IMG/VR virus record: IMGVR_UViG_3300048852_000022
Location: 1 to 34,323 of that record
Length of the DNA stretch: 34,323 bases
Reading direction: 5' to 3' (one strand)
Source: a virus
Lineage: Duplodnaviria; Caudoviricetes
The stretch's first letter is position 1. Each line of letters begins with the position of its first letter. Under the pieces are notes generated by a model. It had not been told where the DNA came from and searched no databases. It worked only from the letters and a program-made list of their open reading frames with translations. Both the position numbers and the translations under genes were made by a program. This document shows, piece by piece, positions 34,093-34,323 of this stretch.

Positions 34093-34191
34093 ATGACCAA
34101 GAGAGGATCGACGATAATCATTCTACTGGTGGTCCTCGCCCTGCTCCTGATCGCGGTCTACGGCTTTCTTGGGATTCAACAGCTAATCTAA
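34093..34191 (+). CDS. 32-aa single-TM peptide
   Basis: MTKRGSTIIILLVVLALLLIAVYGFLGIQQLI*; the RBS is weak. Confidence 0.45.
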   Translation: MTKRGSTIIILLVVLALLLIAVYGFLGIQQLI

Positions 34192-34323
34192 CTGGATCTT
34201 TGCGCCAAGAAAAGCAGCGCTCCGGCAGATGCGATAGGAGCGCTGCAGTTGTCCGACCTGTGCGATTGTCCGCTAAGTCGACGTTTGAGAGGGAAGACTT
34301 ACCCGTCAAAACAACCTGCTCGC

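Overview
The window is the late-replication, virion and lysis portion of a GC-rich temperate long-tailed (siphovirus-type) prophage. GcrA, the RTX protein and the general gene style suggest a rhizobial alphaproteobacterial host such as Sinorhizobium/Ensifer (inference). The + strand core runs: replication initiator with iteron-like repeats, putative loader, GcrA homologue, NusG-family antiterminator, HNH-AP2 endonuclease, degenerate tRNA-Met, terminases, portal, protease/scaffold, capsid, head-tail genes, tail tube, frameshifted chaperones, tape measure (TMP) with a lysozyme domain, tail tip, beta-helix tailspike, GH19 endolysin, spanins and a holin-like gene. Accessory genes sit mostly on the - strand: DUF4145, two tiny antisense ORFs, a cassette of two FkbM methyltransferases plus DUF1796 facing the tailspike with an RTX gene beside it, and a BstA-like abortive-infection gene. 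Four observations stand out. (1) A small Tat-signal-like protein carries a copy of the TMP C-terminal motif. (2) The methyltransferase cassette next to the tailspike contains a duplicated 29-bp leader. (3) The BstA-like gene has a candidate aba-type direct repeat across its start codon. (4) The BstA cassette is bracketed by two diverged copies of the holin 3' end. All functional calls come from reading motifs by eye; no searches were run.
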